Source: Macrostomum hystrix (Eukaryota > Animalia > Platyhelminthes). From it: DNA of 64,000 nt. This document shows, one piece after another, positions 26,670-40,308 of this stretch. The position numbers and the translations under genes are program-made. The stretch is taken from contig CATNEN010000003.1 of NCBI GenBank assembly GCA_950097015.1, positions 11,780,001-11,844,000 of the forward strand, read 5' to 3'. Within the stretch, counting starts at the first letter, position 1, and every line of letters starts with the position of its first letter. Below the pieces are notes generated by a model. That model saw only the letters and a list, made by a program, of their open reading frames with translations, made no database searches and was not told the origin of the DNA.

Positions 26670-29495
26670 TAATGACCAGCTGGACTATTAGAACAGAGAG
26701 TAATGACCAGCTAGACTATTAGAACAGAGAGTAATGACCAGCTAGACTATTAGAACAGAGGTTAATGACCAGCTAGAATATTAGAACAGAGGGTAATGAC
26801 CAGCTAGACTATTAGAACAGAGGGTAATGACCAGCTAGACTATTAGAACAGAGGGTAATGACCAGCTAGACTATTAGAACAGAGGGTAATGACCAGCTAG
26901 ACTATTAGAACAGAGGGTAATGACCAGCTAGACTATTAGAACAGAGGGTAATGACCAGCTAGACTATTAGAACAGAGGGTAATGACCAGCTAGACTATTA
27001 GAACAGAGGGTAATGACCAGCTAGACTATTAGAACAGAGGGTAATGACCAGCTAGAATATTAGAACAGAGGGTAATGACCAGCTAGACTATTAGAACAGA
27101 GGGTAATGACCAGCTAGACTATTAGAACAGAGGGTAATGACCAGCTAGACTATTAGAACAGAGGGTAATGACCAGCTAGACTATTAGAACAGAGGGTAAT
27201 GACCAGCTAGACTATTAGAACAGAGGGTAATGACCAGCTAGACTATTAGAACAGAGGGTAATGACCAGCTAGACTATTAGAACAGAGGGTAATGACCAGC
27301 TAGACTATTAGAACAGAGGGTAATGACCAGCTAGACTATTAGAACAGAGGGTAATGACCAGCTAGACTATTAGAACAGAGGGTAATGACCAGCTAGACTA
27401 TTAGAACAGAGGGTAATGACCAGCTAGACTATTAGAACAGAGGGCAATGATCAGCAAGAATATTAGAACAGAGGGTAATGACCAGCAAGACTATTAGAAC
27501 AGAGGGCAATGATCAGCTAGAATATTAGAACAGAGGTTAATGACCAGCTAGACTATTAGAATGGATCGGACAATGAACAGCTAGACTATTAGAATGGATC
27601 GGACAATGACCATCTAGACTATTAGAATGGATCGGATAATGACCAGCTAGACTATTAGAATGGATCGGACAATGACTAGCTAGACTATTAGAATGGATCG
27701 GACAATGACCAGCTAGACTATTAGAATGGATCGGACAATGACTAGCTAGACTATTAGAATGGATCGGACAATGACTAGCTAGACTATTAGAATGGATCGG
27801 ACAATGACTAGCTAGACTATTAGAATGGATCGGACAATGACCAGCTAGACTATTAGAATGGATCGGACAATGACTAGCTAGACTATTAGAATGGATCGGA
27901 CAATGAACAGCTAGACTATTAGAATGGATCGGACAATGACCATCTAGACTATTAGAATGGATGGTTATTACCAGCTAGACTATTAGAATGGATCGGATAA
28001 TGACCAGCTAGACTATTAGAATGGATCGTACAATGACCAGTTAGGCTATTAGAATGGATCGGACAATGACCATCTAGACTATTAGAATGGATCGGACAAT
28101 GACCATCTAGACTATTAGAATGGATCGGACAATGACCAGCTAGACTATTAGAATGGATCGTACAATGACCAGCTAGGCTATTAGAATGGATGGTTATGAC
28201 CAGCTAGACTATTAGAATGGATCGGACAATGACCAGCTAGACTATTAGAATGGATCGGACAATGACCATCTAGACTATTAGAATGGATCGGATAATGACC
28301 AGCTAGACTATTAGAATGGATCGGACAATGAACAGCTAGACTATTAGAATGGATCGGACAATGACCATCTAGACTATTAGAATGGATGGTTATTACCAGC
28401 TAGACTATTAGAATGGATCGGATAATGACCAGCTAGACTATTAGAATGGATCGTACAATGACCAGTTAGGCTATTAGAATGGATCAGACAATGACCATCT
28501 AGACTATTAGAATGGATCGGACAATGACCATCTAGACTATTAGAATGGATCGGACAATGACCAGCTAGACTATTAGAATGGATCGTACAATGACCAGCTA
28601 GGCTATTAGAATGGATGGTTATGACCAGCTAGACTATTAGAATGGATCGGACAATGACCAGCTAGACTATTAGAATGGATCGTACAATGACCAGCTAGGC
28701 TATTAGAATGGATCGGACAATGACCAGCTAGACTATTAGAATGGATCGGACAATGACCAGCTAGACTATTAGAATGGATCGGACAATGACTAGCTAGGCT
28801 ATTAGAATGGATCGGACAATGACTAGCTAGACTATTAGAATGGATCGGACAATGACCAGCTAGACTATTAGAATGGATCGGACAATGACCAGCTAGACTA
28901 TTAGAATGGATCGTACAATGACCAGCTAGGCTATTAGAATGGATGGTTATGACCAGCTAGACTATTAGAATGGATCGTACAATGACCAGCTAGGCTATTA
29001 GAATGGATGGTTATGACCAGCTAGACTATTAGAATGGATCGGACAATGACCAGCTAGGCTATTAGAATGGATCGGACAATGACTAGCTAGACTATTAGAA
29101 TGGATCGGACAATGACCAGCTAGACTATTAGAATGGATCGGACAATGACCAGCTAGACTATTAGAATGGATCGTACAATGACCAGCTAGGCTATTAGAAT
29201 GGATGGTTATGACCAGCTAGACTATTAGAATGGATCGGACAATGACCAGCTAGACTATTAGAATGGATCGTACAATGACCAGCTAGGCTATTAGAATGGA
29301 TGGTTATGACCAGCTAGACTATTAGAATGGATCGTACAATGACCAGCTAGGCTATTAGAATGGATGGTTATGACCAGCTAGACTATTAGAATGGATCGGA
29401 CAATGACCATCTAGACTATTAGAATGGATCGGATAATGACCAGCTAGACTATTAGAATGGATGGTTATGACCATCTAGAATGGAGGGTAATGACC
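26670..29495. repeat. Compound minisatellite: 31-bp units (to ~27560), then 32-33-bp units sharing ATGACCAGCTAGACTATTAGAA
   Basis: Direct reading of the array. Confidence 0.97.
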
Positions 29496-30286
29496 ATTGG
29501 ATTGAGAGGTACATGAGGACGATTGAAAATATTGGGATAAAGAAAAAATGAATGATGATTTAATTATATTAAACTGCTTTGATTTTTTGAACCGCAAAAT
29601 GTTAGTTGGCAACTCAGGTGGAAAGGCAATTTAACGTATATATTTAATACTAATTAACATGTACATTCTATTTTGAAGCACCTTGAATAAACAATAGCAC
29701 TCCTCAAGCATAAACTTGCACTTGATTAAGGAAAATAAAATAAAAAGTACAGATATAAGTACGCAAATAGAAAATTGCATTGAATCGCTTAACAAAAGCC
29801 GATAAGACTTAATAACCTAAATAAATGATACATGCGTTTCTAGTATTTTGACTTCGATGTATGTGAAGTTTCAGTAATTAAAAATTAAAAATGTAAAAAT
29901 AATTATTGGCAATAATGAATTGCATTACTATACTATTGTATTGATAGCTCGAAAAAAGTTAGTTCGTTTTGACAGTGTATCATATAACAAAGAACGTACG
30001 AGTCAGGCTTATGAGTACGCTGAAATAAACTTGAGTTATGAGTAATGTATTTCTGACATGTTTATTGTTTTATTGTTTTCCTTCCAAATTCAAATTATCA
30101 GTGAAACAACCAATTGTATCTCGTATCTAGTGCGTACAAAAATTTTATTGCTGCATCAAGGACGTATGCCAAGTAAAAATATTCATGCAAATATCGAAAT
30201 ATGAAACCATTTGTAGCAAAAGTAGTCGGTTAAATGGAAAATTGGGGTTTGTAATGAACAGAGAAAAAAATGAGTTTGTTTGTACA

Positions 30287-30437
30287 CAGTGGCGTAGCTA
30301 GAAATTTTCGATGGGGGGGATAAATGAAAAAAATTGAACGAACAATTCAAAAATAGACTGTATTTTAATGGTAATGCTCCCCCCTTTCAACCCTCCCACA
30401 ATTTTTCTGCCGCTTGGGGCAGAAATCTACGCCACTG
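30287..30437. mobile_element. hAT-type MITE (151 bp)
   Basis: TIRs CAGTGGCGTAG / CTACGCCACTG and a perfect 8-bp TSD TTTGTACA (30279-30286, 30438-30445). Confidence 0.88.
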
Positions 30438-30935
30438 TTTGTACAGAAAAGACTGTTTAAAATTGAAATATAAAGAAGCTGGTTTAACAAATTGAGTAGT
30501 TCTTCATTCTATTGACTCAGTTCTTTATTAACAATCAATATTGTAATTGTAACAGCTTTCACACGGGATTACGTTCAGAAATTCGAATTTTCGAATGATT
30601 CAATTTCAGGCCGATTGTTGGGACGATCTGAAATGAAGTTGGTAAAAACCTGCCAGCCAATCTTATTAAGTTTAAGCTTATAAGGCTAGTGCTTAAGTGT
30701 ACTGTTTAGCAGAAGCTGGCTATTTGTATCAATACAATGTCTTATTATTAGAAAATGCTGATTTAGGCATCAATAAAATTATAGAATTCGTGTTATAGAA
30801 TTATAGTTCAATTCTGCCTATTTTAGTACCACCCTAAGGTGCAACATTAACTATTTTATGCTATGTTAATAACTTGCTACCGAAATTCGATTGTGTCTGA
30901 TTTTAGTGTCTGATTTTAGTTTTGCTCATAACAGT

Positions 30936-31804
30936 GATAATAATTATTGCTGCAGACCAGCAATTTGGTGACACTAGACCAGGGGTCGGCAACCTCCGGC
31001 CCGCGGGCCAGATGCGGCCCTCGAAGCTCCCAAATCCGGCCCTTAGCTCCTCCTAACACCTACTCTACAGTACACCCTATCTCATCTCTCCCCTATCTCA
31101 TCTCTTCCCTGTCTCATCTCTCCCCTGTCTTATCTCTCCCTGTCTTATCTCTCTCCTGTCTTATCTCTATCCTGTCTCATCTCTCTCCTGTCTCATCTCT
31201 CCCCTGTCTCACCTCTCCCTGTCTTATCTCTCCCCTGTCTTATCTCTCCCCATTTTCATCTCTCCCCTTTTTCATCTCTCCTCTGTCTCATCTCTCTTGC
31301 GTCTTATCTCCCCCGTCTCATCTCTCACCTGTCTGATCTCTCCTGTGTCTCATCCACAGATACTATAATAACTATAATAACAGTTATTATAGTATCTGTG
31401 GTCTCATCTCTCCCCTTTCTTCATGCGGTCCGCCGTCGTCTTTAAGATTCTCTCTTTAGCCCGCGTGGTATATAAGGTTGCCGACCCCTGCTCTAGACCC
31501 TCAGCCAGCGAGGATGCAATTCTGCCCATTCCACTACTCCTGAGCACACACACATACAGATACTGTACGCAGGCACTCGCTCACACAGGTGTGTACATCT
31601 GCCCTGACTTTTTCATCGACAGGCAGGGTATGCACTCTCACTGTGCCTTGGAGGTCGGCCCTCAAGGGCATAAGTTACAAGACAACCTCCCAAGCCTTCT
31701 CTCTACGCGGCTGCGCCCCAAATGAATGTGACCTCGCCGCGGAATCTAGCTCAGGGACCTTGGTGTGAGAGGCAAAGACGTCAGACCGCTTAGCCACTCA
31801 CCCC
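30936..31804 (-). mobile_element. SINE family B, near full length, interrupted by a hAT MITE
   Basis: tRNA-like head at 31735-31804 (TGGCTAAGCGG, GAGCTAGATTCC) and a (TAA)n tail at ~30936. The body matches 34513-34650 and 48381-48540. Confidence 0.8.
30980..31490. mobile_element. hAT/Charlie-like MITE containing a CT-rich minisatellite
   Basis: 15-bp TIRs CAGGGGTCGGCAACC / GGTTGCCGACCCCTG. 8-bp TSD CACTAGAC/CTCTAGAC (7/8 match, with the CTAG core typical of Charlie). Confidence 0.88.
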
Positions 31805-31904
31805 TTAGTTTTGGTTAACTCTTAGCCCTAAAGTTGCATTGTTTCAAATGATTAATCTTGCATCGAAGTCCCATTTGATGGATTTTTTATTTGTTATTCT
31901 GAGC

Positions 31905-34900
31905 TCACCCGCAGGATGACGTCACGGTGCAACAAGCGGCAGTGTGAACTTTCTGAGTCCTGGCCTGGCAGAAGCCTTTGCCGCAGGTCGGACAGACGTA
32001 AGGCTTGACCTTGTTGTGCACGTAGCTATGATCTCTGAGGTGATCGCGTCGTCGGAACGCCTTGCCGCACACTTTGCATGGGAAAGGGCGCTCGTTCGTG
32101 TGAGTCCGCTCGTGAATCATCTGGTTGTAGGACTTGGTGAAGCGGCGACTGCAGAACTTACAGATGTACTCCTTCCTGGCCCTTTAAAAAATTTGCTTAG
32201 TTGTTAATATCCTGCATGGTTGCGATTCTTCGTAATTTTCAAGACTGTTCAACTTTTAGACTAGTCAAATGTCGAATACCATTAGGTTTTTATATTGGAG
32301 TCTGCAGTTGAGAGCTAGGTTGTCGCACAGTGGTTCGAGCTCCAAGAACCACTTGGATTAGAAAGTCATAAAACTAAGTTTCTTAGAAAAATATTTGTCC
32401 TATTGAGGTCCTTGCTTAAGACTTCTTACCTAGAGGTTGGGAGTTCGACTTTGATCCCGATCCAGATGTTAAATCGATACCAGCATCAGCTGGGGCGAAG
32501 TAATTTTTTTCTATCTATTTAACAATGAAATTTTTTGTCCTCCCTGTGACCTGACAACGGTAGTTTACCTAGATTAGGTAGTTTTCGTGCGTCATGGTTT
32601 ATCTAAACAATATTTAATTAAGTTCCCTTTTTTGTTTAAACCTTTTACCTCAGCGACTTTTTATATGACTAATTTTAGGCATTTCAAAACACAAGCGGAA
32701 GTGGTATTAATTATCAATCTAGATTAGGTCCTTTCTGCTGTCTATAAGTTAGTGATAGCTAAGTACTCGTGTGTGATCGACTAAGATTCTAAATTAGTAC
32801 AAACCAAAAGTCGGAAAGTCAGTCAAATATTAGAAGTGTGAATCTGCGAACCTATTTGTAACTGGGCCAAACTCGGGTGTCAGTGACAGGAAAGTGTAAA
32901 CAGTTGGGTTTCTCTGGGAAAAATTTTCCTTTGTTTATTTAGCGCTCTGTCTTAACTAATCTTTAATATCGGGCAATTGTACTTTTTGTTGATTCCTTGA
33001 CTATTGTTCCTTAAATGTAAATCTGTAAAAAGTATAGAAATATTTAGATCATGAAGAAATCACTTTCCACTTGATCTGTCACGAAGAGTGAAAGCCTGAT
33101 TTTTACAAAAACACGCTAAAATTCTGACCTTTGATTTAAATCATATTTTGATGGAGGTGAAGGATAGGTGAAGTGAGGTATCTAGGGTGACATGAGTGAT
33201 GTAGGGTGAAGTGAAGGGATGTAGGGCGTGGAGAAGGGATGTAGGGTGAGGTGAAGGAATGCAGGGTGAGGTGAAGGCATTTAAGGTGATGTGAAGGGAT
33301 GTAGGGTGACGTGAAGGGATGTAGGGTGAGGTGATGGGATGTAGGGTGAGGTGAAGGGATGTAGGGTGAGGTGATGGGATGTAGGGCGTGGTGAAGGGAT
33401 GTGGGTGCAGGATAGGGTGAGGTGCAGGAATGCAGGGTGAGGTGAAGGATGTAAGAGATGTTAAGTGATGTAAGGTGATGTGAAGGGATGTAGGGTTATG
33501 TGAAGGGATGTAGGGTGAGGTGAAGGATATCGGATGAGGTGAAGGGATGTAGGTTGAGGTGAAGGATGTAGGGTGAGGAGAAGGGATGTAGGGTGTGATG
33601 AAGGGATGTTAGTTAAAAGGAATGTAGGAATGTTGGATGTGAGCAGTCAGTTAACTCTCATTTTTAGTGCAGTCGCATGAGAGGCAGAACATGCAAACTA
33701 ATAACACCCACAGTAGAAGATGGCAGCTCATTTTCTGTTTGAGTCAGAATATTCCAACTCTATTGCGCATATGACTGCTTATTGCTGATATCTTTATTTA
33801 ACTGCATAGTAACAACAAGCAGCTTGAAGGAAATCTTATCCTTTTGCCAAAATAAAAATTGCGCGCCTAAATTAACCTTTTTTTAAACCGAGAATTCGTT
33901 TTAGCACTTATTCTGATAACTCTGTTATTACGAGTACGATGCCGACGGGTAGCTTAGTGGCATAAATTAACACAAAAAAATAGGAAGTGAAAAATGAATT
34001 GCGAAATTTATACCTTCCTATATACGGAAAAATACATACTGACCTAAAATGTGTCTATTCTTTATAGAGAATGGATTTTATATGAAGCAACACTATTATG
34101 GGTCATATAATATGCTCGTGCATAGGTATCTGGTTTCTATAATTAGTTAGGCTGAGAAACAAAGACCTAGTGGCTCTTCAGTACCTCTACCTCCAAGATT
34201 TTAAGGTCTCAGATTTAGGATCTAAACAATCCTTCAGATGTCCTGAAACCTCTTTAAACACCCGAAATCCTTCAGATGTCCTGAAACCTCTTTAAACACC
34301 CGAAATCCTTCAGATGTCCTGAAACCTCTTTAAACACCCGAAATCCTTCAGATGTCCTGAAACCTCTTTAAACACCCGAAATCCTTCAGGTGTCCTGAAA
34401 CCTCTTTAAACACCCGAAATCCTTCAGGTGTCCTGAAACCTCTTTAAACACCCGAAATCCTTCAGATGTCCTGAAACCTCTTTAAACACCCAATCCTTCA
34501 GGTGCTCTGGTATAATAATAATAATAATTGCAGGAGGGCTGCGGGCACTGGCACATCACTAGTGACACTTGGTCCGCAGCCAGCGAGGAGGCAATTCCGC
34601 CCATTTCGCTGACTCCTGAGCACACTCGCACACAGATACCGTGTGCGAGCTCTTTAGCTTCTCACCTTCCGCGTGGTTTTCTGACTGTGGCTGCGGCCGG
34701 CAGGTTGGTCGTTGAAACCTGCATCGGCGGTTTGGACGGCAGCTGCAGTCTGCAGTCTTCTGTCTCGCAGGTCTTGTAGCAGGACTCCGCAAGACGACTG
34801 AAATCGAATCGAGCGGGTGGTGGCGGTGGCTGCGGTAGTTCCTTCATTAGTTGCAGCGGCGGCGGCAGACGCATATAGGTTGGCACGGAGCACACGGTTG

Positions 34901-37900
34901 GCAGGTACTGGCGCAGCAGGGCCATGTAGATTGAAAGCTGCTGCAGATCCGCTGCAGCTATTAGCGGCGGCGGCTGCGGCAGCGACGGTCGTAGATGCAG
35001 AAACGACTCCCACTTTGCGTCTGACAGAAATTTTTTTTCAAAGAAAATCAGACGTTTAAATTTCTGTATTTCATATCTACGAGAGCCCCCGTAGATAAAG
35101 TAAAAAAAGCTTCAAACCTTAATAAATTAGAGTTTCAAATTTACTTAATTATGGTTAGCATTGGTTACCGCACCGATGTTAATTACTGTTCTACAACTAC
35201 TTAATTAAGGGTAAACACACCGACCCTAATTACAGTTTCAAAACTACCTAATCTTCTTCATTTCTTCATACCTCATTTTCTAATAACTACAATTTCACCT
35301 AATTAGGGGTTACCACACCCACCTTAATTACAGTATCACACCTAACTAATTAGGGGTTACCACACCCACCTTAATTACAGTTTCACACCTACCTAATTAG
35401 GGGTTACCACACCCACCTTAATTACATTTTCACACCTACCTAATTAGGTTTACCACACCCACCTTAATTACAGTTTCACACCTACCTAATTAGGGTTACC
35501 GCACCCACCTTAATTACAGTATCACACCTACCTAATTAGGGGTTACCACACCCACCTTAATTACAGTATCACACCTACCTAATTAGGGGTTACCACACCC
35601 ACCTTAATTACAGCTTCACACCTACCTAATTAGGTTTACCGCACCCACCTTAATTACAGTATCACACCTACCTAATTAGGGTTACCATACCTAACCTGAA
35701 GTACAGTAATTTAGTAAAAAACTAAAAGCATCTATTTGCAATTCGACCAAAGATATTATCTGAACATAAAAATTGTTAGACCGATAGACTGTGTCAAATT
35801 AGGCAACCACTCATTTTCTCCTAGCTAGTGGTACCGGCGGAGTAATTGTGACTTAAAATTATCTAGCTTCAACATTAATTGATAAGAAGTCGCATAACCG
35901 TAGAGTTTATTTGCAACATTAGCCAACCAACAAGGCTATAACCGTTAACACCTATTAGGCCATCTGGTGACAGCTGCTCCAAGTAAAAATGATGTTTAAA
36001 TAATTTATGCCAAAGGAAACCCAACTTTAAATTGTTAACATTGTGCAACCTTGCATGCCTCATGATCGCGTAATGCTCAAACTGAATCTAGCGTTTGTTT
36101 ACTTAAAGTTTGACTTTGTGTATTGCAGTTCTAAATACTATATTATTCTGTATTTGCTCTAAGGGGGATGTTTGAGAAAATTTAACGCCCTAATTACTAA
36201 AGGTTCCGTTAAGATAAGTGATGAACTCGTCTCTAACCTTTGCTGTAACCTTGACGATCGAGGTTTGACCTCTGTACAGCTTACACCGAGGATTATTTAT
36301 GAGGAGATTTGGTAGTACACACTGAGGATTATTTATCCGGGATTCGACAGCAAACACTGAGGATTATTTATCAGGGATTCGACAGCAAACGCTGAGGATT
36401 ATTTATCAGGGATTTGACAGCCCACGCTGAGGATTATTTATCAGGGATTTGACAGCCCACACTGAGGATTATTTATCAGGCATTTGACAGCAAACACTGA
36501 GGATTATTTATCGAGGATTTGACAGCAAACACTGAGGATTATTTATCATGGTTTCGAAAGGACACGCTGAGGATTATTTATCAGGGATTTGACACAAAAC
36601 ACTGACGATTATTTGTCTTTAATTTTTTGCAGCTGACGATAAGAATTCCATTTTTCGCTTTTAATTTTTTCAACTTGAAAACGAACGGTACTTCGACCTA
36701 CTTTGACAGCCTAGTAACCGCCGAAAACTGGTTTGGACCGAATATTTTGAGTCAGCGAAATTTTTACGCACGAATTTAAGAAAAACTAGGATTTGTTTAT
36801 ATAGATCGAAATCTTGGAATTATATTTGAAATTCATTTTAGCGTAGTCTAAAATGAAATACATATTAGTTGTTTGATTGGCTGTTTTTCATATTTCCGCT
36901 CTGATTTTTGCTAAATTATTAAAGGACTGTTAAGTAAAGCGGCATTTTTGTTAATTCGAATCTATCAACTTCCGGCTTTTTCATAATCTTGATTTCATTA
37001 ATTCAAACCCACCTGCACCACCCATCTGCACATAAGCCCTATAAAGTGGTTTCCTTTTTTTAGAATTTTGATTTTGAAAGTTGTAAAAAATTTAAGGCGG
37101 ACACAGTGTTATCAAGGATTAGGGTAGAAAGTTTAAATTAATTCATTTACAGACACTACAGATTTTATTGCCTGTTATTTTGTTTTAACTGTTGTAAAAT
37201 ATTAACTCTATAGGTGGCGCTCAATTCAATTTACTGTTTATTTTCTGGTCCGCATGAGAGATCTGAGATATAGATAAGACAACTAAATGGCGGAAAAAAG
37301 CTGTCACCATTATTTTAAGCTTTAAATATTCTATTTGCTTAAAACTATTCGTGATTCATTCCACTTATAGGCGTTGACTGTTCTAAATAACCAAATTAGT
37401 TTAAACAAAAAAGGGGTTAATGTGCTTTATAAACAAAATGTGCTATTGGTCCTGGCGACAGGATGAACTAAGAGCTAAATAGCTGGCCATTGTATAGACA
37501 TGAATAACTTCTTATTGACCCACCGAAAAGTTACACTAAATGTTACACTAAATGAGGCACTCGTGACAAACTGAGTGAAGGGCGCGCGGCTTTGTTACCA
37601 ACTCAAGTCTGACTCAAGGCAAAACTTGCATTTAGAAGTACTGACAATACCCTTCTCAATAATTACTTCCTTATTCCATCACACTTCGTTTCGAGTATAT
37701 AAATTTATAGAAAAGACCGGGGAGAGATGAGAAAGGGCAGAGATGAGACAGGGGAGAGTTGAGGCACTGGAGAGATGAGAAAGGGTAGAGATGAGACAGG
37801 GGAGAGATGAGACTGGGTAGAGATGAGAGAGGGCATAGATGAGACAGGGAGAGATGAGACATGGAGAGATGAGACATGAAGAGATGAGACAGGGAGAGAT

Positions 37901-38183
37901 GAGACATGGAGAGATGAGACAAGTAGAGATGAGACGCGGGAGAGTTAAGACACTACTGTTGTTATTGCGACTCTTCCCCCATTAAGATTAAAAAGTCCTG
38001 GAACCTAATGAAGTGGTGGATGCATCCGACAAGGCATGGCATCTTAACAATAGATCATGATGCACAAATTTAAGCTGAAACTCTGGCAATCAAAGTTATC
38101 GAAACGCAAAATTATTAAATTTGCTTACCTGTTAAAAGGAACCCGTCGCTATGACTTGTCTTATTATCACGCTCTGGAGCCAT
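31905..38183 (-). CDS. Odd-skipped-related (odd/Osr family) C2H2 zinc-finger transcription factor (~228 aa)
   Basis: Exons 38183-38129 (phase 1, first exon inferred), 35020-34666, 32181-31905. ARFDFSRLA resembles the Osr RFDFANLA motif. The fingers [65 protein letters not shown] match the odd/bowl/Osr signature. Confidence 0.9.
33150..33630. repeat. ~20-bp degenerate minisatellite GTGAAGGGATGTAGGGTGAG
   Basis: Tandem array in an Osr intron. Confidence 0.9.
34228..34502. repeat. 38-bp minisatellite AATCCTTCAGATGTCCTGAAACCTCTTTAAACACCCGA
   Basis: About 7 near-perfect units. Confidence 0.95.
34513..34650 (-). mobile_element. SINE family B, 3' fragment
   Basis: (TAA)n tail followed by TTGCAGGAGGGCTG...CAGCCAGCGAGGAGGCAATTC, shared with 48381-48540 and 31500+. 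Confidence 0.75.
35195..35695. repeat. ~47-bp minisatellite CCTAATTAGGGGTTACCACACCCACCTTAATTACAGT(A/T)TCACACCTA
   Basis: Tandem array. Confidence 0.9.
36283..36615. repeat. 35-bp minisatellite ACTGAGGATTATTTATCAGGGATTTGACAGCAAAC
   Basis: About 9 units. Confidence 0.92.
37720..37950. repeat. GAGATGAGACAGGGGA-type degenerate repeat
   Basis: Tandem array; its reverse complement resembles the repeat inside the 30980 MITE. Confidence 0.85.
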
Positions 38184-38558
38184 AAGTCAAAATTTCAAGA
38201 GAGAATCGGATTTCGATAGTTTAACAGCTGCTGTGGCGGCACTTAGGAACTGGTGTTCTATAGATCCAACTTTTTAGTGAATCGGGGTTGAAATTATACA
38301 CCCAGGGTCAAGGTGGAAGTCTGGCCAATTAGCGGCTAGTCGGGGGTATTGACACTCGGCACCCGGATCCAATGAGAGAGGGGCAGAGACAAAGTCCACA
38401 CTGACAGGCTATTCCAGTGAGTAACGCACTCACTGGCTACCTTATAATTCTGAATTTCTCTTTGTGATAAGAAATTGTGAAATCTCATGAAATACAGATC
38501 CGGTTGCCAGGGTATGGACGCCTCCACTCACTCCATTTACTGGGATAACGTTTGGGGA

Positions 38559-39105
38559 GTTTAGTTAGTTAGCTAGTTAGTTAGCTAGTTAGTTAGTTAG
38601 TTAGCTAGTTAGTTAGTTAGTTAGCTAGTTAGTTAGTTAGTTAGCTAGTTAGTTAGTTAGTTAGCTAGTTAGTTAGTTAGTTAGCTAGTTAGTTAAATAG
38701 TTAGATAGTTAGTTAGCTAGTTAGTTAGCTAGTTAGTTAGTTAGTTAGCTAGTTAGTTAGTTAGTTAGCTAGTTAGTTAGTTAGTTAGTTTGTTTGTTTG
38801 TTTGTTTGTTAGTTAGCTAGTTAGTTAGTTAGTTAGTTAGTTAGCTAGTTAGTTAGTTAGTTAGCCAGTTAGTTAGTTAGTTAGTTAGCTAGTTAGTTAG
38901 TTAATTATTTAGTTAGTTAGTTAGTTTGTTAGTTAGCTAGTTAGTTAGATAGTTAGATAGTTAGATAGTTAGTTAGTTAGCTAGTTAGTTAGTTAGTTAG
39001 CTAGTTAGTTAGTTAGTTAGTTAGTTAGCTAGTTAGTTAAATAGTTAGATAGTTAGTTAGTTAGCTAGTTAGTTAGCTAGTTAGTTAGTTAGTTAGTTAG
39101 TTAGC

Positions 39106-39164
<59 letters not shown>

Positions 39165-39229
39165 CTAGTTAGTTAGATAGTTAGATAGTTAGTTAGCTAG
39201 TTAGTTAGCTAGTTAGTTAGTTAGTTAGC

Positions 39230-39271
<42 letters not shown>

Positions 39272-39461
39272 GTTTGTTTGTTAGTTAGCTAGTTAGTTAG
39301 ATAGTTAGCTAGTTAGTTAGTTAGTTAGCCAGTTAGTTAGTTAGTTAGCTAGTTAGTTAGTTAATTATTTAGTTAGTTAGTTTGTTTGTTAGTTAGCTAG
39401 TTAGTTAGATAGTTAGATAGTTAGTTAGTTAGTTAGTTAGCTAGTTAGTTAGTTAGTTAGC

Positions 39462-39492
<31 letters not shown>

Positions 39493-39864
39493 CTAGTTAG
39501 TTAAATAGTTAGATAGTTTGTTAGCTAGTTAGTTAGCTAGTTAGTTAGTTAGTTAGCTAGTTAGTTAGTTAGCTAGTTAGTTAGCTAGTTAGTTAGTTAG
39601 TTAGCCAGTTAGTTAGTTAGTTAGTTAATAGTTAGCTAGTTAGTTAGTTAATTATTTAGTTAGTTAGTTAGTTTGTTAGTTAGCTAGTTAGTTAGATAGT
39701 TAGATAGTTAGATAGTTAGTTAGTTAGCTAGTTAGTTAGTTAGTTAGCTAGTTAGTTAGTTAGTTAGTTAGTTAGCTAGTTAGTTAAATAGTTAGATAGT
39801 TAGTTAGCTAGTTAGTTAGCTAGTTAGTTAGTTAGTTAGTTAGCTAGCTAGTTAGTTAGTTAGC

Positions 39865-39899
<35 letters not shown>

Positions 39900-39964
39900 C
39901 TAGTTAGTTAGATAGTTAGATAGTTAGTTAGCTAGTTAGTTAGCTAGTTAGTTAGTTAGTTAGC

Positions 39965-39998
<34 letters not shown>

Positions 39999-40064
39999 GT
40001 TTGTTTGTTTGTTTGTTAGTTAGCTAGTTAGTTAGATAGTTAGCTAGTTAGTTAGTTAGTTAGC

Positions 40065-40107
<43 letters not shown>

Positions 40108-40308
40108 CTAGTTAGTTAGTTAGTTAGCTAGTTAGTTAGTTAGTTAGCTAGTTAGTTAGTTAGTTAGCTAGTTAGTTAGTTAGTTAGCTAGTTAGTTAGT
40201 TAGCTAGTTAGTTAGTTAGTTAGCTAGTTAGTTAGTTAGTTAGCTAGTTAGTTAGTTAGTTTGTTAGTTAGCTAGTTAGTTAGTTAGCTAGTTAGTTAGT
40301 TAGTTAGT
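38559..40308. repeat. (TTAG)n microsatellite with CTAG/ATAG/TTTG variants, ~1.75 kb
   Basis: Direct reading; higher-order blocks recur within it. Confidence 0.98.

Noticed and set aside
26670-29495. CRISPR-like array (constant core plus variable part)
   Set aside because: The variable parts are 9-11 nt and repetitive rather than unique spacers, the context is eukaryotic, and there are no cas genes.
38559-40308. Interstitial telomere, for (TTAG)n and the CTAATCCC satellite
   Set aside because: Neither is TTAGGG or TTAGG; they are an ordinary microsatellite and minisatellite.
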